Positions 35,246-47,329 of a stretch of 64,000 nt of DNA are shown one piece after another. The first letter of the stretch is position 1, and each line of letters begins with the position of its first letter. The DNA lies in NCBI GenBank assembly GCA_964187785.1, contig OZ076409.1, forward strand, positions 42,348,001-42,412,000. Direction: 5' to 3'. A program made the translations under genes and the position numbers. The DNA is from Amphiscolops sp. MND2022 (Eukaryota). The notes below the pieces were generated by a model. The model made no database searches, was not told the origin of the DNA, and saw only the letters and a list, made by a program, of their open reading frames with translations.

Positions 35246-37165
35246 CACTGAGAAAAACTATGTGATTTTTTGCAAAAATGCCCAAAATCAACAATTTTTT
35301 CGTCAACATGCACCTCCGGGGAAGGTGAAAATCACTTCTAGCGCTGCTAGCGACCTGAAAATTTCACATCATCTAATACACTGGCTGAATCGTGGGGGAC
35401 AAATCTCTGATTGCGCTAAAATTGACCCTGTGGGTGTCGCGGTCACTTGACAATGTTCACTGAAAATTTGACTATGTCGTGAAATTCACAAAAAGTGGTC
35501 AAACTCGCCTTCTAGCCGTCCCAGCTACCTGAAATTTTGCAAGTGAGCGTAATTTTTGCCCACGTAACAGAAAAACACGGCGGCGAGTTGCCTGAATTAG
35601 TATCTGGCGATTTGAAGTGACAAAACCTTGATGTACCAGAGGTACCACTTTTTCGGGTCAAAAATCACGAAAATGTCAATTTCTCAGCTTTGGCTAGTAG
35701 CCGGCTGCTCAAATTGCACAAATCGTCGTGATCTTGTGCCGTGCACACGAAAATCCAAGAATTTTAGTGTTGGGATACCTGCGAGGTATTGCACTATGCT
35801 CAACTAAAATTCAAATTTTTCGACATTTTCACACGATTTTTGAGCAAAACTTCGGCTAAGATTTCTCGATCACTAGTAATGCTAGCGCTACGAAAATTAC
35901 ACCACTAACGTAACTTTTTATGGTCTACACGCTGGTGCAATCCGTTTGAGGCTGCTCTTACTAGGAGAGATTTCGACCTGTGCTGGAATCACTACTACTT
36001 GGTTCCCAAAATGTCGCAAAAATAACGCGTTTTCGGCTATTTCTCAACAACCACTGGTTGGAATCACTCGCGGTTTTCTTCGTTTGTAACGTTACATTCT
36101 ATAACAACAGAAAATAGGCAAGCGAAACCTGGTAGGTTCCAAATAAGGTCTCTCAAAAATTTCTCAAGTTACACCTTTTACATTCTGGGAACAATGTGAA
36201 AAATACGTATTTTCCCTAGCAACTTTTAATTTCTCGGTTCCCAGATGTTCGGGATAGTTCTAAACGTAACGTAATAAGGTGTAATAACTTTATTCACGGG
36301 ACTGGGATTGTTTCAATTATTAGTTTTGTTGTTGAAATTCTCAGGTCTATGGGGTCCTCTACTCAGGTCTATGTATAACAATAGAAAGTCAAGGGTTAAA
36401 CTATCAATTTATATTGGGGAAGGATAAAAAATGTTTTGGCAGTAGTGTTTTGTACCACCAAGCTCGGGAACAATGTTTTTGAGCAGCTCTGAAAGCTTTG
36501 GAACAAACGCTCAAGGCTTCGCCCTCACCACATTTGGTCTGTTAGGCCAATTTTGGGTCTTCACAAACAAAAATCGCTAATTTTTTTTGTTTTCAAGTAA
36601 ATTAGCGGGGTAAAAAATTTTGTTCCTAGCCTGATAGGTCTAGTGGAACGTGTTTATTGTATTGCCACTGGCCGTACCCTCTTCTGAAAAATTTTGGCTT
36701 TTGTAACTTATGATGACCGATAAATGGCTATTGTATGAAAATGAAAATTGGCTGGTAACTTATTCAATATTTCGTTGGAGGGCCTCAAAAAACTGCTTGA
36801 CGATAACGTTTTCTGTTATCTGGCTCGGGAAAAAGAATTTTAGGTGGCTCGCAATGCTCTGAGAAAAACGAAGAGGGCTTCGCTCTCACCATTTTTCGTC
36901 TCAAAGTCCAAAGTTGACGTTTTCAAACAAAAATCGCTATAGTTTTCGGTGTTTTTGACACTTTAGCTAAACAAATTTTTCTGTTCCTGACCTGATAGGC
37001 CTAATGGAACGTTTTTGTTGCATTCCCATTGGCCGTACTATCTTCTGAAAAATTTCGACTTTTAAAAGTAACCAAATCGATATTTGAGCTATATAGGGTG
37101 TTATGGCTAGCTCGCTATATTTTTTCAGAAAACAATCGGAATACCCAGTGGGTATTTTTCTCAGT
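35246..37165. repeat. Degenerate ~180/360-bp periodic array inside element C
   Basis: TTCTC motif at 35681, 35863, 36041 and 36231; clear 360-bp-offset duplication (GCTCGGGA ~36463/36823, AAAAATCGCTA ~36569/36929, CCTGATAGG ~36631/36991). Confidence 0.6.
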
Positions 37166-37648
37166 TCTTACTAATGGGAATACACCTGGGAATAGGCTTT
37201 TAAAGCCACAAAAACTAAAAAAGGAGATTGTAACCCAGCCGATTCGTAGTGATCCACCAGTGGGTCAAGAGGGTGTTGCCGTGAAGGACGTCGCACCGTC
37301 GTCACAGCTAGTGGAGGCGCTCACATCACGTCCCTGCAGTCCCAATACATTACAACTAAGCTGAAATGAGACTACAAAACCCTTTACAACAGGTTCCGGT
37401 TAAGCCGGATGGTTAATCTCGGTACAGAGAAACGGTGTCGAAACGGTAATTTGTAATTAAACAGTTATTTCTCTTCCCAGACCCCGGAAACATGCAGGAA
37501 ACGCAGGAATTCAGCTAGAAGAAAGCCTACCAGGCTTGACTAAGGCAATAAAATTAACCTAGGACTCTCCAACAAATTTTCCTAGATCCAGACCTAGCAG
37601 GGCCGGAAAGCAAGAAAAACTCCAATTATGGCGAAAAGATGGAAAAAT

Positions 37649-37666
37649 GTCTCTTGTGGGGCGCCA
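37649..37666 (-). promoter_or_regulatory. Primer-binding site, tRNA-Lys-like, 15 nt from the LTR
   Basis: TGGCGCCCCACAAGAGAC matches the standard tRNA-Lys(UUU) PBS TGGCGCCCGAACAGGGAC at 14/18 positions. Confidence 0.65.
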
Positions 37667-37681
37667 TAAAACTATTCTAGA

Positions 37682-38405
37682 TGTAACGTCAACCACCTAG
37701 CAGAGTACATCATAGAAGTGGGACAATGCCTAGATTGCTTGAACAGGAGACCAGTGTCTTACTACAACCTAGACATTAGTTTTTAATCCCAAAATGGTCT
37801 CCTAAAAGGGACTTTTCCTATACGCCTAAGGAGTCTCCTCAGTTAGAGCTCCGAGGCGACGTGCCGGCTCTCTCAAAGTCCGGACACGTCCCACAAGCCT
37901 GTAAAAACAATTCCTAATGTTCCTGCGTGTTCCTACATACCTCTGAGGTCCAAAAACAGGGGTTTAGCCAAAGTACATTCGATTAGTGAATAACGTCTAA
38001 ACTGGGTGAAACAAGGGGTAAAACATCACCAAACATCTACAAAAACCGCAAATATGGTACAATAGATTCAGAAAACATCAGGCGTCAGTGTCAGCGAGCC
38101 TTGGTCTTGGACCTACTAGGTGGCACACGCAAAATATGCGAACTTCTGAGTTTCTTCATCTCTTGGGCCATTCTTCGGGTTCTGCTGGCAGCTGGGACGT
38201 CTTCCGAGGGAGATAACACAACACGGCGATTTCGGGGATACTTCTGTGACGGTGTGTTCTCTCTCGGGTAGGGTGGGGGTGGTTTGCACTATTTTCCATC
38301 ATCCTTTTCAATTTCCAGTACCTGTCAGGTCGGCCATCTTGATTTAGAAATTTTGCTATCGCACATTTCATCGAATTTTTGTGACGTCTTTTGCTGGACG
38401 TTACA
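37682..38405 (-). repeat. 5' LTR of element C
   Basis: Direct repeat of 32984-33707. Confidence 0.97.
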
Positions 38406-38478
38406 ATTTGAATCGAACAAACGGTCTCATTGGACAGTTGATAAACAAGGTAAAAGTACAACTTTAGAATCGTCAACA

Positions 38479-39772
38479 AAACAAGCCGGGAACAGCATAA
38501 GTCGGCGCCCCGCTTAAGGCTCAAAAAAGCGAAAGTTATCCAAAGCGTCAAGGAATCATTTTTCTCAATCTCAATCTCACAGTGCGAAAAAAAATTCGAA
38601 ATGGGTATCCATTGGAGTTGAAATTTTTTTGCTTTTTTACCACCAGAAAAAATCAACGCTTTTCTCCTGTTTTTTTTTACCAGAAACATCAAAGGACAAA
38701 AGTGAGAAACTTTTTGCGAAATGAAAATTTAAAATAGGTAAAAAGGTAGCACAGTGCCGAAAACACCAAAAAAAGAAGACCTCTTGGGCTTGAAAACATT
38801 TTTCGTTTCCATTTGTATTAAAAAGAAAACAGAATGGGGACCTGAAAAGACACATCGCCCGTCAAAACACATCAAACAAGACGGGAACGTCTAAAATCGG
38901 CGCTATATCTCAGGCTGAAACAGCGCAAAGTTTTTAAAATTGTAAAAGGGAGACCCTTTGTGGTTTTTGAAAATCCAGTATGTTGCAAAAGATCAAAAAT
39001 CAAAAAAAATTGAGGGCGACCCTTTAGAGACAAAAAATTTACGAAAAAAAAGTCGCACAGTGCCAAAAAAATGAAAGGGGGGACCCTTTAGTCTTGTCCA
39101 GTTTGTTTTGTATGTAACGTCAGAAATGGAAAACTTGAAGGGGACCCTTTGCACTAACTTAGATGCGTTTCCGAGGTATGAGATGAGGTATCTGTTTAGT
39201 TGAACAAACTGAACAAAAATTTCGTCGCTTCGAGTCTGTCTTAAAGAAAACAAGACGGGAACGTCTAAAGTCGGCGCCATATCTAAGGCTCAAAAAGCTC
39301 AAACTTTTTGAAATTGTAAAAGGGGGGACCCTTTGGATTTTTTGAAAAAAAAAGAAAAATCGAAAAATAAGAATTTTGAGCCAGTCTCATAGAGCCGAAA
39401 AACTTGAAAGGGGAGACCCTTTGGGCTTTTTGAAACTTCAATTTGCTGTAAAATATCAAAAAACCTGAAGGGGGGACCCTTTGGAGACAAAAAAATTTCG
39501 AAAAAAAGTCGCACAGTGCCGAAAAAAACTCAAACCCTATAGTCTCGTCCTGTTTTGTATCTTACGATAAAAAAGGAGTAACTGAAAGGGGGGACCCTTT
39601 GCACTATCCTAAATGCGCTCCCCGTTTGCCTTTGCCGGTCCAGTAGTTTAGTACTGTATTTAGTAGTTGAACGTTAATTTTAACGTTCGTCGCTTCGAGT
39701 CTGTCTTAAATTAAAAAAAACGAGTGACTGTAAAGTTCGGGTTCTTTTATCAATAAAAGCGCCGACTAAAAA
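38479..39772 (-). mobile_element. Cluster of three tandem or nested HINE family A copies
   Basis: AAACAAG(A/C)CGGGAAC...TCGGCGC ends at ~38479, 38874 and 39248; GCGCCGACTAAAA end at ~39772; internal GGGGACCCTTT repeats. Confidence 0.75.
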
Positions 39773-41087
39773 CATGACGAAAAGTCACTAAAAAGTCGGG
39801 ATTAAGAATACTGGATGTAGACAAGACAGTGATAAAATCAATCGGTTGAAGTAACTCACATACGAATAAAATAACTAGATTTTGAACTAAGTTGTCCTAA
39901 CACATTGATGAACAAACCGTTTCGTTGAACAAAACGGACAACGAAACAGCTGTTAGAAAGGTGTGCCAAATTCCACAACAATTAAGAAACAATTCGGACA
40001 AAAAAACGATTTGAAAAGCGCCAACAATTGAATACTTGCCCAAATAACAAAGCAGAACCCATAATGTTTAATACATACAAAAAACAGTCGGAAAGGTAAT
40101 AAATGAAAATGGACAAAACTGAATGGAAACCCTCCGATGATTAATCCACATTTTTTTCCAGCCAATCCTAACAAACTGTTTCCCTACTAGGCATTTGGCG
40201 AGACTGGTCGACTATGCTGTCATTTCAGAAAGAAGTCAGCCGTTGTCAGAAGAAACCGAAGACGTTGATTAAATTCTTGAACCGAACTTACCGTTGGAAA
40301 ACCCGATGCCGATAGTTTGGATCTGGATTATGTCCTGCTCAAGACTCAAAGATAGCTGAGTCTTCTCAATATGCCCACGTACCTTTGCTTTGAAAAATTT
40401 TGAAAAACTTCAAAGTGCCAAAAAATTTGCTTAGGTTCTCAAAATGCCTTTTTACCTGGAAGCAAGAATGGCCTCCTTTATTGAAAGTGAAACGGTTTCG
40501 GGAAAATGCACAGTGTCAAAAAACAAAAGTTTGTGGAGCTCCGAAAACAACGGAAGAGTACACAGTTTGCACGCCGCGGCAGCATGAAAAACAATGAAGT
40601 TTTTGGAAAATATGAAATCAGTCAGTTGAGAGGTCTTTCAGCACAAAGTCTATTGTACTTTCTAAGAATATTTCTCAGACTAATAACAGACCGATCTGTG
40701 TAGATGGGGAAGGCGTAGAAGTTATAGACATGAACTAATATGATCTCCATCCCTTGTACCGTCTAGACTATAGACTGTACAAAGCTATTACTTTGCTATT
40801 ATTCCGTCTCGAATGATCGGTTTTTTAGACGAGATTCGAGTACAAGACTTGTAATCGGTGTTTCCAGTTTTATTTTTATCAAGATGAAGTAAAATTTTAT
40901 GTTATTGGTAAGATAAGATTTTTCGGAGTTTTGCGGCGATGCCATTGATAAACGTTATGACCCAAATTGAAAAAACCAGATTAGCAATATCAGGTATCTG
41001 CAGAAAGTTGTGCTGGAAAGGAGCTTTAAAAAGCTGAACTTATCGATGGAAGTTTAATGAAGTACCTCCGATTACATAACGATATAT

Positions 41088-41301
41088 CTTGTGTTTTTTT
41101 TGATTTTCAGAGATTGATGACAGTTTCCTCGACAATTGTTTTCCAATTTAGTTCAGAAACTTTTCACCTTTCGAGGTAAATCTGTTGAAGTATACTTCTC
41201 CAACAGATTTACCTCGAAAGGTGAAAAGTTTCTGAACTAAATTGGAAAACAATTGTCGAGGAAACTGTCATCAATCTCTGAAAATCAAAAAAAACCACAA
41301 G
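41088..41301. repeat. Near-perfect inverted repeat, ~100-bp arms
   Basis: 41088-41187 is the reverse complement of 41201-41301 apart from one indel; 13-nt spacer. Confidence 0.95.
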
Positions 41302-44300
41302 GTCCCTAAACTGGAAAACCTTTTTGGAACTGAGGGCGTTAAAGACCTAAATGCGGACGTTTTGGTAGAAAACAAATCAGACGCCCGCTAACCAGCTAGA
41401 TACTTTGCGCCCCAAAAGGTTCTAAAACAACATAAGCAGCCAATGCACTATGAAAATGCAAAAAAGTTCAAAGAAAAGAAATTTTTGATTCAAACTAGCC
41501 CATTTTCAAAGTAAACACCTAAGTTACAAACACGCAAAGCAACAAGTACCTAATAGTTTTGTTGTTGAACTATGTGGATACCGTGTTCAACATACCAAAT
41601 ATTTGTAATTTTGCACAAAATGTCACCAAAAATCTCATATACTGAAAACTTTTATAATTTTTGGACAACTTTTGGTTCATTTTGAGGAACGTTTTCAACA
41701 ATAAACTTCATATGTCACGTCTGAAAGGACTACTGGATACCAAGTCGTTGTTGAAAGTTCACTCTAAGCCACAGAAAAGCTCGAAACTTTTACAAACATT
41801 GCATCAAATTCGACATTTTTCAAGTTTGGGTCATTCTGAGGTTTTCTTCCTACAGAAGAGATTTCGCTTCGAGCTTATTTAAAACTAAGTATTTGACAAA
41901 TGATGTTCGAAAAAGGAAGGTTTCGAGCATACTTTTCAACATTTTGGCAAATAAGATTGTCTGACAAATACTTGAAACAATACTGGTAGCGACACGTTTC
42001 AATCTTCAACCTTTGGACTGTCTCGTGAATGGGTTCATAATGGCTCTCGAGACGTTCATAATGGGTCCAAATTAGAGACTGTGTTGTCGAAATATGAGAA
42101 AACTCACAATTTTTGAAACAGTCGATGTCCAATTAGATGAATTCTATCTGACATTCTTTCCGAAATGGAAGTTCTATCCTACAAAAATGCATGTGGATTA
42201 ACAAAGTTGATATTATTTTCTGTCATTTTTTGAATTCTGGGGTATTTTTGAGGCCTATTCTAACACACACAAAAAGCTGTTACATCTACAGAAACGCTCA
42301 CTGGACACTGGTCATAGTCATTGCCGAGTTTCCTGAACCATTAATGTATGCCTAGCAATTACTCAAAAATATATATAAAAAGCTGCAAAAAATGTCGAAC
42401 ACATGAAAAGATAGAGTTTTTTGCCAGTTCTGGGTCTTTCTGTGGTAATTTTAATCAATAAAATCTTCAAATATCTCTCTATTGCGGGTGCTGTGAACAT
42501 AATTAAATTATTGGGAGCTTTTTGATGCTTTTATTTTACCAAATGTTCCTAATCTCTAGTAAAAAACAACCTAATTGTCAAATATCAACCAAACATTTAG
42601 ACAATTTGGTCATTTTGTTGTCGATTTGAGGCATTTTTCTACAGAAGCCTGCAATCATGTTTTCGAAAAGCCTACTTGATAACGCGTTCAATCATCGTTG
42701 AACTTTTCCATCAAGCTGACTACAAAAAATTTTCAAAGGTACATATATGGTGCAATAAAACGCAGAAATGGTAAAATCTTTCGGTTTTTCGTGCCTCATT
42801 TGAATCCATTCTGAGGTATTTTTGAAGCCTATTCATCAAAAATGGTTACTCAACAGCTGAATACCAAAGATTATTTTGAATTGTGTCTTGGCTCAAAGAA
42901 TCCGTTGCCCTTGGTTGGAATGGAAGGACAACATCTGGTTTGTTTTGAGGTGGAACCTTCAAGCTGTTTAAGAAAAGTTTTTGTCACTTGAGAAATGTGA
43001 AAGTGCTTGAGAAAAGTTTTCATAAGTGTCATGAAAAAACAGTTTCTAACCTTATGCTATTAAAAACTTCTTTCAAATGATGTGCAACAGTTAAAACAAG
43101 CCGAGAACGGCATTAGTCGGCACCTGAAGTTTTTTGGCCTGAAGCTCAAAACGAGCAATAGTTCATGGACGTTGTGAAGTGTTCTTCAGTGTTATGACTG
43201 ATGTTCGATTTTTGAAAAGTGTAATACTCAATTAATATTTGCTTATTTTTTTTATTTCTTCTTTTTTTGGTTTGAACTCTCAAAGTATTATTGTACAAAA
43301 AATTGCATCAATAGTGCCTTACTACACTTCAACAAAGGTCGCCTCAGGTGTGACTTCGCATGGAAGTATTTTATTTCTACGGCTCGGGAGAAAGAGTATT
43401 TTGGCCCAGAACAATGTGAATGGAACTTTTCTTTGATAAATCTAAAATTGTGATAAATTGTATACCATAGCACCCACAAAACAGAAAAAAAAACAAAATA
43501 CAATGAAATGAAAATCTGTAGCTATCCTGAATAAGTCATATAAAAGAGAAAATACTTCCTTAGGTACGTTGATGTTTTACCAGATCAAGAGGTTGAACCT
43601 CTTTCTAAAATGCGGCAAAAAATTTCACGTTGTTTATTGTTCAACAAAATTTCCTGACTGGTAAAGAGCGCGAGTCGCTACGCTTTGGTTAAAGAACAAC
43701 ATATCGTTGTACTAAGTTCATAGAGTGCTTTTCGATTACTCATTGTCTTTAATTGAGAAACTGTTTAGCTTGACGAGTCAAACAGAAACTAAACTATATA
43801 AAGCTCTTATAACCCAGCGGAAGCTGAGGTTTCAAACTTGAGTCAGCAAATATTACCAGATTTCATTTTAGAATCCACTATGAAACAAGGACTAATCTAA
43901 TTTTGTTCAACAATGACGGTATGGTATCTTCGGTCTGAAGCAATACTGAAACGAATCTCTGATGAAGTGAAGGTTTTCTTCAACTTGAAAACATGCTCGA
44001 TATTATTTTAGATTGAAATTAATTGGGACTAAATTTATTTGTGCTTGAAAGCAGTGTTGAAAAGAATTTAGGCTTTAATTGCTTCTACTTAAGAGCTGGG
44101 TTGAAAAGCTCACGACTTCACTAGCTTTTGCTTGAAAGCAGCATAGAAAATAGTTTAAGACTTCATTTGCTTCTGTTTGAAATAGTTTGAGACTCTGAGA
44201 CAAAGTACACTACGACAAAATGAGCTAAGAAACAAGTAGAGATTTGTTTTTCGAAAATGACGTAACATGACATCAAGTTGAATGTCATTCAAATTTTGTT

Positions 44301-44589
44301 TTTTTTTCGTAGGCATAGCTTCTACGACAATATGTTATAGCGTCGCGGAGCAAAGGAGTGGACACAATCAAGCGTGTTCAGAATTCAGAGTTTGAAGGAA
44401 GAATCAAGGAACATGAAATAAAACTGCGCTTGTTATTAAGTTCGTTGTGTAATGCTTGGAACGAATTTACACAAGATATGTTTTTGGTTTTTCACAGTCA
44501 GTTTCTTCATTTCTATTTGCCATCAGTCGCACACGACGAAGTATAGCTAAAATTCGGATTAAGCGAATTATTTCCCAGACTCTATCCCT

Positions 44590-45600
44590 CCTTAATAAAA
44601 CCCAATTCACTTCGGGTTCGGGTAAACTTTCAAAGATTCGGATGAAGCACAATAGTTTCGAACATCGGCTCTTCTGCAATGAAACCCACACGAAAGTTCC
44701 GAAATAGTGTGTCGTGCCAAATGGGAGTGCTTCAAATTTGAATTTAGCGCTCTGTTTTCAAACTATCGCCTCCTTTTAACATAACGCAAAAAACTTATTC
44801 CTCTGCATTGGGAACTATTTTACTTTGTATATAACGTCGAAAGTTCAGATATCGCTCAATCTTTTTGATCCTTCGCCTCCTCTGGTCCTCTATAAAACGC
44901 AATTTATTGGATATTACGTCAAAAACGGATATGGTGAAATATTGCCGAGTCTCCGGTTCCTCCGTAGTAAAACGCAATTTATGAAGAGATACTCGGGTAT
45001 ATTGCAAAGTAGGGAAAAGACCTTTACTATGGACAACCTCAAAACTTAGAATATAGAGAAATGTTTATGAACTTTCGGCTCCTCGGTTGTAAAATTCAAA
45101 TTACGTCGGATAGAATGAGAATCTCTGTTGTAAAACTCAATTTAATTTCGATAAAATGACAAAGTTCTGGATTTAGCGCGTTTTATTATCGAGCATACGA
45201 CTCCATTTTAGTAAACTCAATTTACTCCGGCTATAGCGTCAAATTCTTGGATACAATGTGCTGGGCAAACAGGAGCACTTACAAAACTTGGATTTAGCGC
45301 AGTTTTTTTCGAAACTGTGTTTCTTCATTAGTAAATTCAATTTACCTCTGACTTAACGTAAAAAGTCGGATATGTTACAATACTTTTGGAACCTTCGCCT
45401 CCTCCTTAGTGAAACGCAATTTACTTCGGATATTCTGTCAAGAATTCGATTGAAGCGCAAATTGTGTGAACATTGTTTGAACCGTCGCTTCCGCAATAAA
45501 ACGCAATTTACTTCGGAAATAACGTCGAAATCTAGAATATAGCGTACTGGGTCAACTGGGAGCGCTTTTTCCGAACCTCCGCTTTCGCCTTAGTAATGGG
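44590..45600 (+). repeat. Degenerate minisatellite, core TAAAACGCAATTTACTTCGGATATAACGTCAAAA
   Basis: About nine or more variant units; the same core occurs inverted at ~60670-60910 and 63960-64000. Confidence 0.75.
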
Positions 45601-46196
45601 CTGTGTTCGTGTGGATTGAAAAGTTTTTTCAAAAACGACGAAAAACCACTATAATTTTCGCTTTATATTTGCAGTAAAGCGTTAACTGAAAATGAAACGG
45701 AGCAAAATGTGATTGGTTAGTTTATTTGGTGAGAATGTAACCAAATTTTTTCAATATTGAATCTTCTGGATCGGTCTAGTCGCTTTATTTCAAGATTTCG
45801 ATGTCTTTCCCAGTTTGTTGTGAGGTGCCCAAAACTAACGATACCATCTGACAGACACAGTTGACAATTTCGACAGTTGCGGATGAACATGTCTAATTCA
45901 TTATTTATTTCGCAATGATCTGTGCAGTTTTTTATACAATAAGGAATCCTTCAGATCCAGCTGCTGATCAAGTATCTGCGATCCATATTGCTGGCAGTCA
46001 CATCGTTTTCACAGCAGTCAAGGAAAAACTACTTGGTGGGTTTTTGATTTTTCGAATGTAGCAAGTGATACTGTGTCGTTCGAAAGCGTACTTTCTTGTT
46101 TTCTATATACCCTCCCGAAGTTCTTATTGAGTGATGACAGTAAGTAAGTTGCCACACCAGCTGAGGACATTAGCTGAATCTAACCGTTTCATGTCA

Positions 46197-46860
46197 TTAG
46201 TCGGCGCCTTTTACCTTAAAGAAAAAGCCCGACTCTTACAGTGGGTACTTTTTTACTCGGCTCTTTTCTAGTGAAAAGAGCCCGACTATTACAGTGGCTA
46301 ATTTTTTTCTTTTTTTTCACGTCAGACCACAGACCTCATCGTGTATGTACCACTTTTTACAGAAACTACTAAAACTACTAAGGCCAACACCGGCCAATGC
46401 AAACTTAGTGCAAAGGGTCCCCCTTTCATGTTTTACCTTTTTAACGTAACCTACAAAACCGGACGAGACTAAAGGGTCCCCCTTTCGATTTTTTTGGTCA
46501 CTGTGCGACTTTTTTTGAAAATTTTTTTAATGTCTCAAAAGGATCCCTCCCCCCTTCGGAGGTTTTTGATATTTTGCAACAGAATGTATGTTAATAAACC
46601 CCAAAGGATCCCCCCTTTACATTTTCGGCACTATGCGACATTTTCCAAAAAAAATACGAAGTTTTTTTTCCAAAAAATGTTCTTTTTTTCAAAAAAAAAT
46701 GTTTTTTGTTCCCAGTCTTATCGAGCATGAAAAACCCCCTTTGGGGGTCTCGAAGCTGTTTTCAAAGCGTTCCATAAATACTTCCTGGGCATATTTAAAA
46801 AACTTTGCGCTTTTTGAGCCTTAGATATAGCGCTGACTTTGGACGTTCCCGTCTTGTTTT
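46197..46860 (+). mobile_element. HINE family A, full-length copy
   Basis: TTAGTCGGCGCC at the start; AGCGCTGACTTT-GGACGTTCCC-GTCTTGTTTT at the end. Confidence 0.78.
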
Positions 46861-47329
46861 CTTTTTCAGCCTACAATCTCACTCTGAATGGTCCACTTTT
46901 CTTACAATTCTTACAATCTTGAAATTTTTACAGTTCTTACTTAGTTTACGAAGTAGTATTTTTACACCATCGAAGAAGCGTACTCCCTTAGAGTATTTTT
47001 TGCTCGAAAAAAATTCACCAAAGGGTCCCCCTTCAATTTTTTGAAATTTCCGACCGAATGAATGTTGAAAAATTCCAAAGGGTCCCCCTTTCAGTTTTTT
47101 TTCGGCATTGTGAGACTTTTAAAAAAAATTTCATAAAAGTGCTAACAACTATACTAGTTCACAGCAATTTTACTGACTAAACGCAGTTTTTGCGGGTCAC
47201 GTTATAGGTCGAGAATCCAGTCCACACTTTGGTGTATACAACAAGCTCCTAAAACTCGGAAACTGAAAAAGAACTTTAGAGCTGAGCCCGAAAAGAAATT
47301 AATGCAACCTCCAGTCGATCTCAGGAACA

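Larger units (their letters stand above)
32984..38405 (-). mobile_element. Young non-autonomous LTR retrotransposon C (LARD-like), 5422 bp
   Basis: Two 724-bp TG..CA LTRs differing at only 2 positions that I could find. PPT and PBS orient it on the minus strand. The 3974-bp interior has no gag/pol homology. Flanks ATT|...|ATT. Confidence 0.95.
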
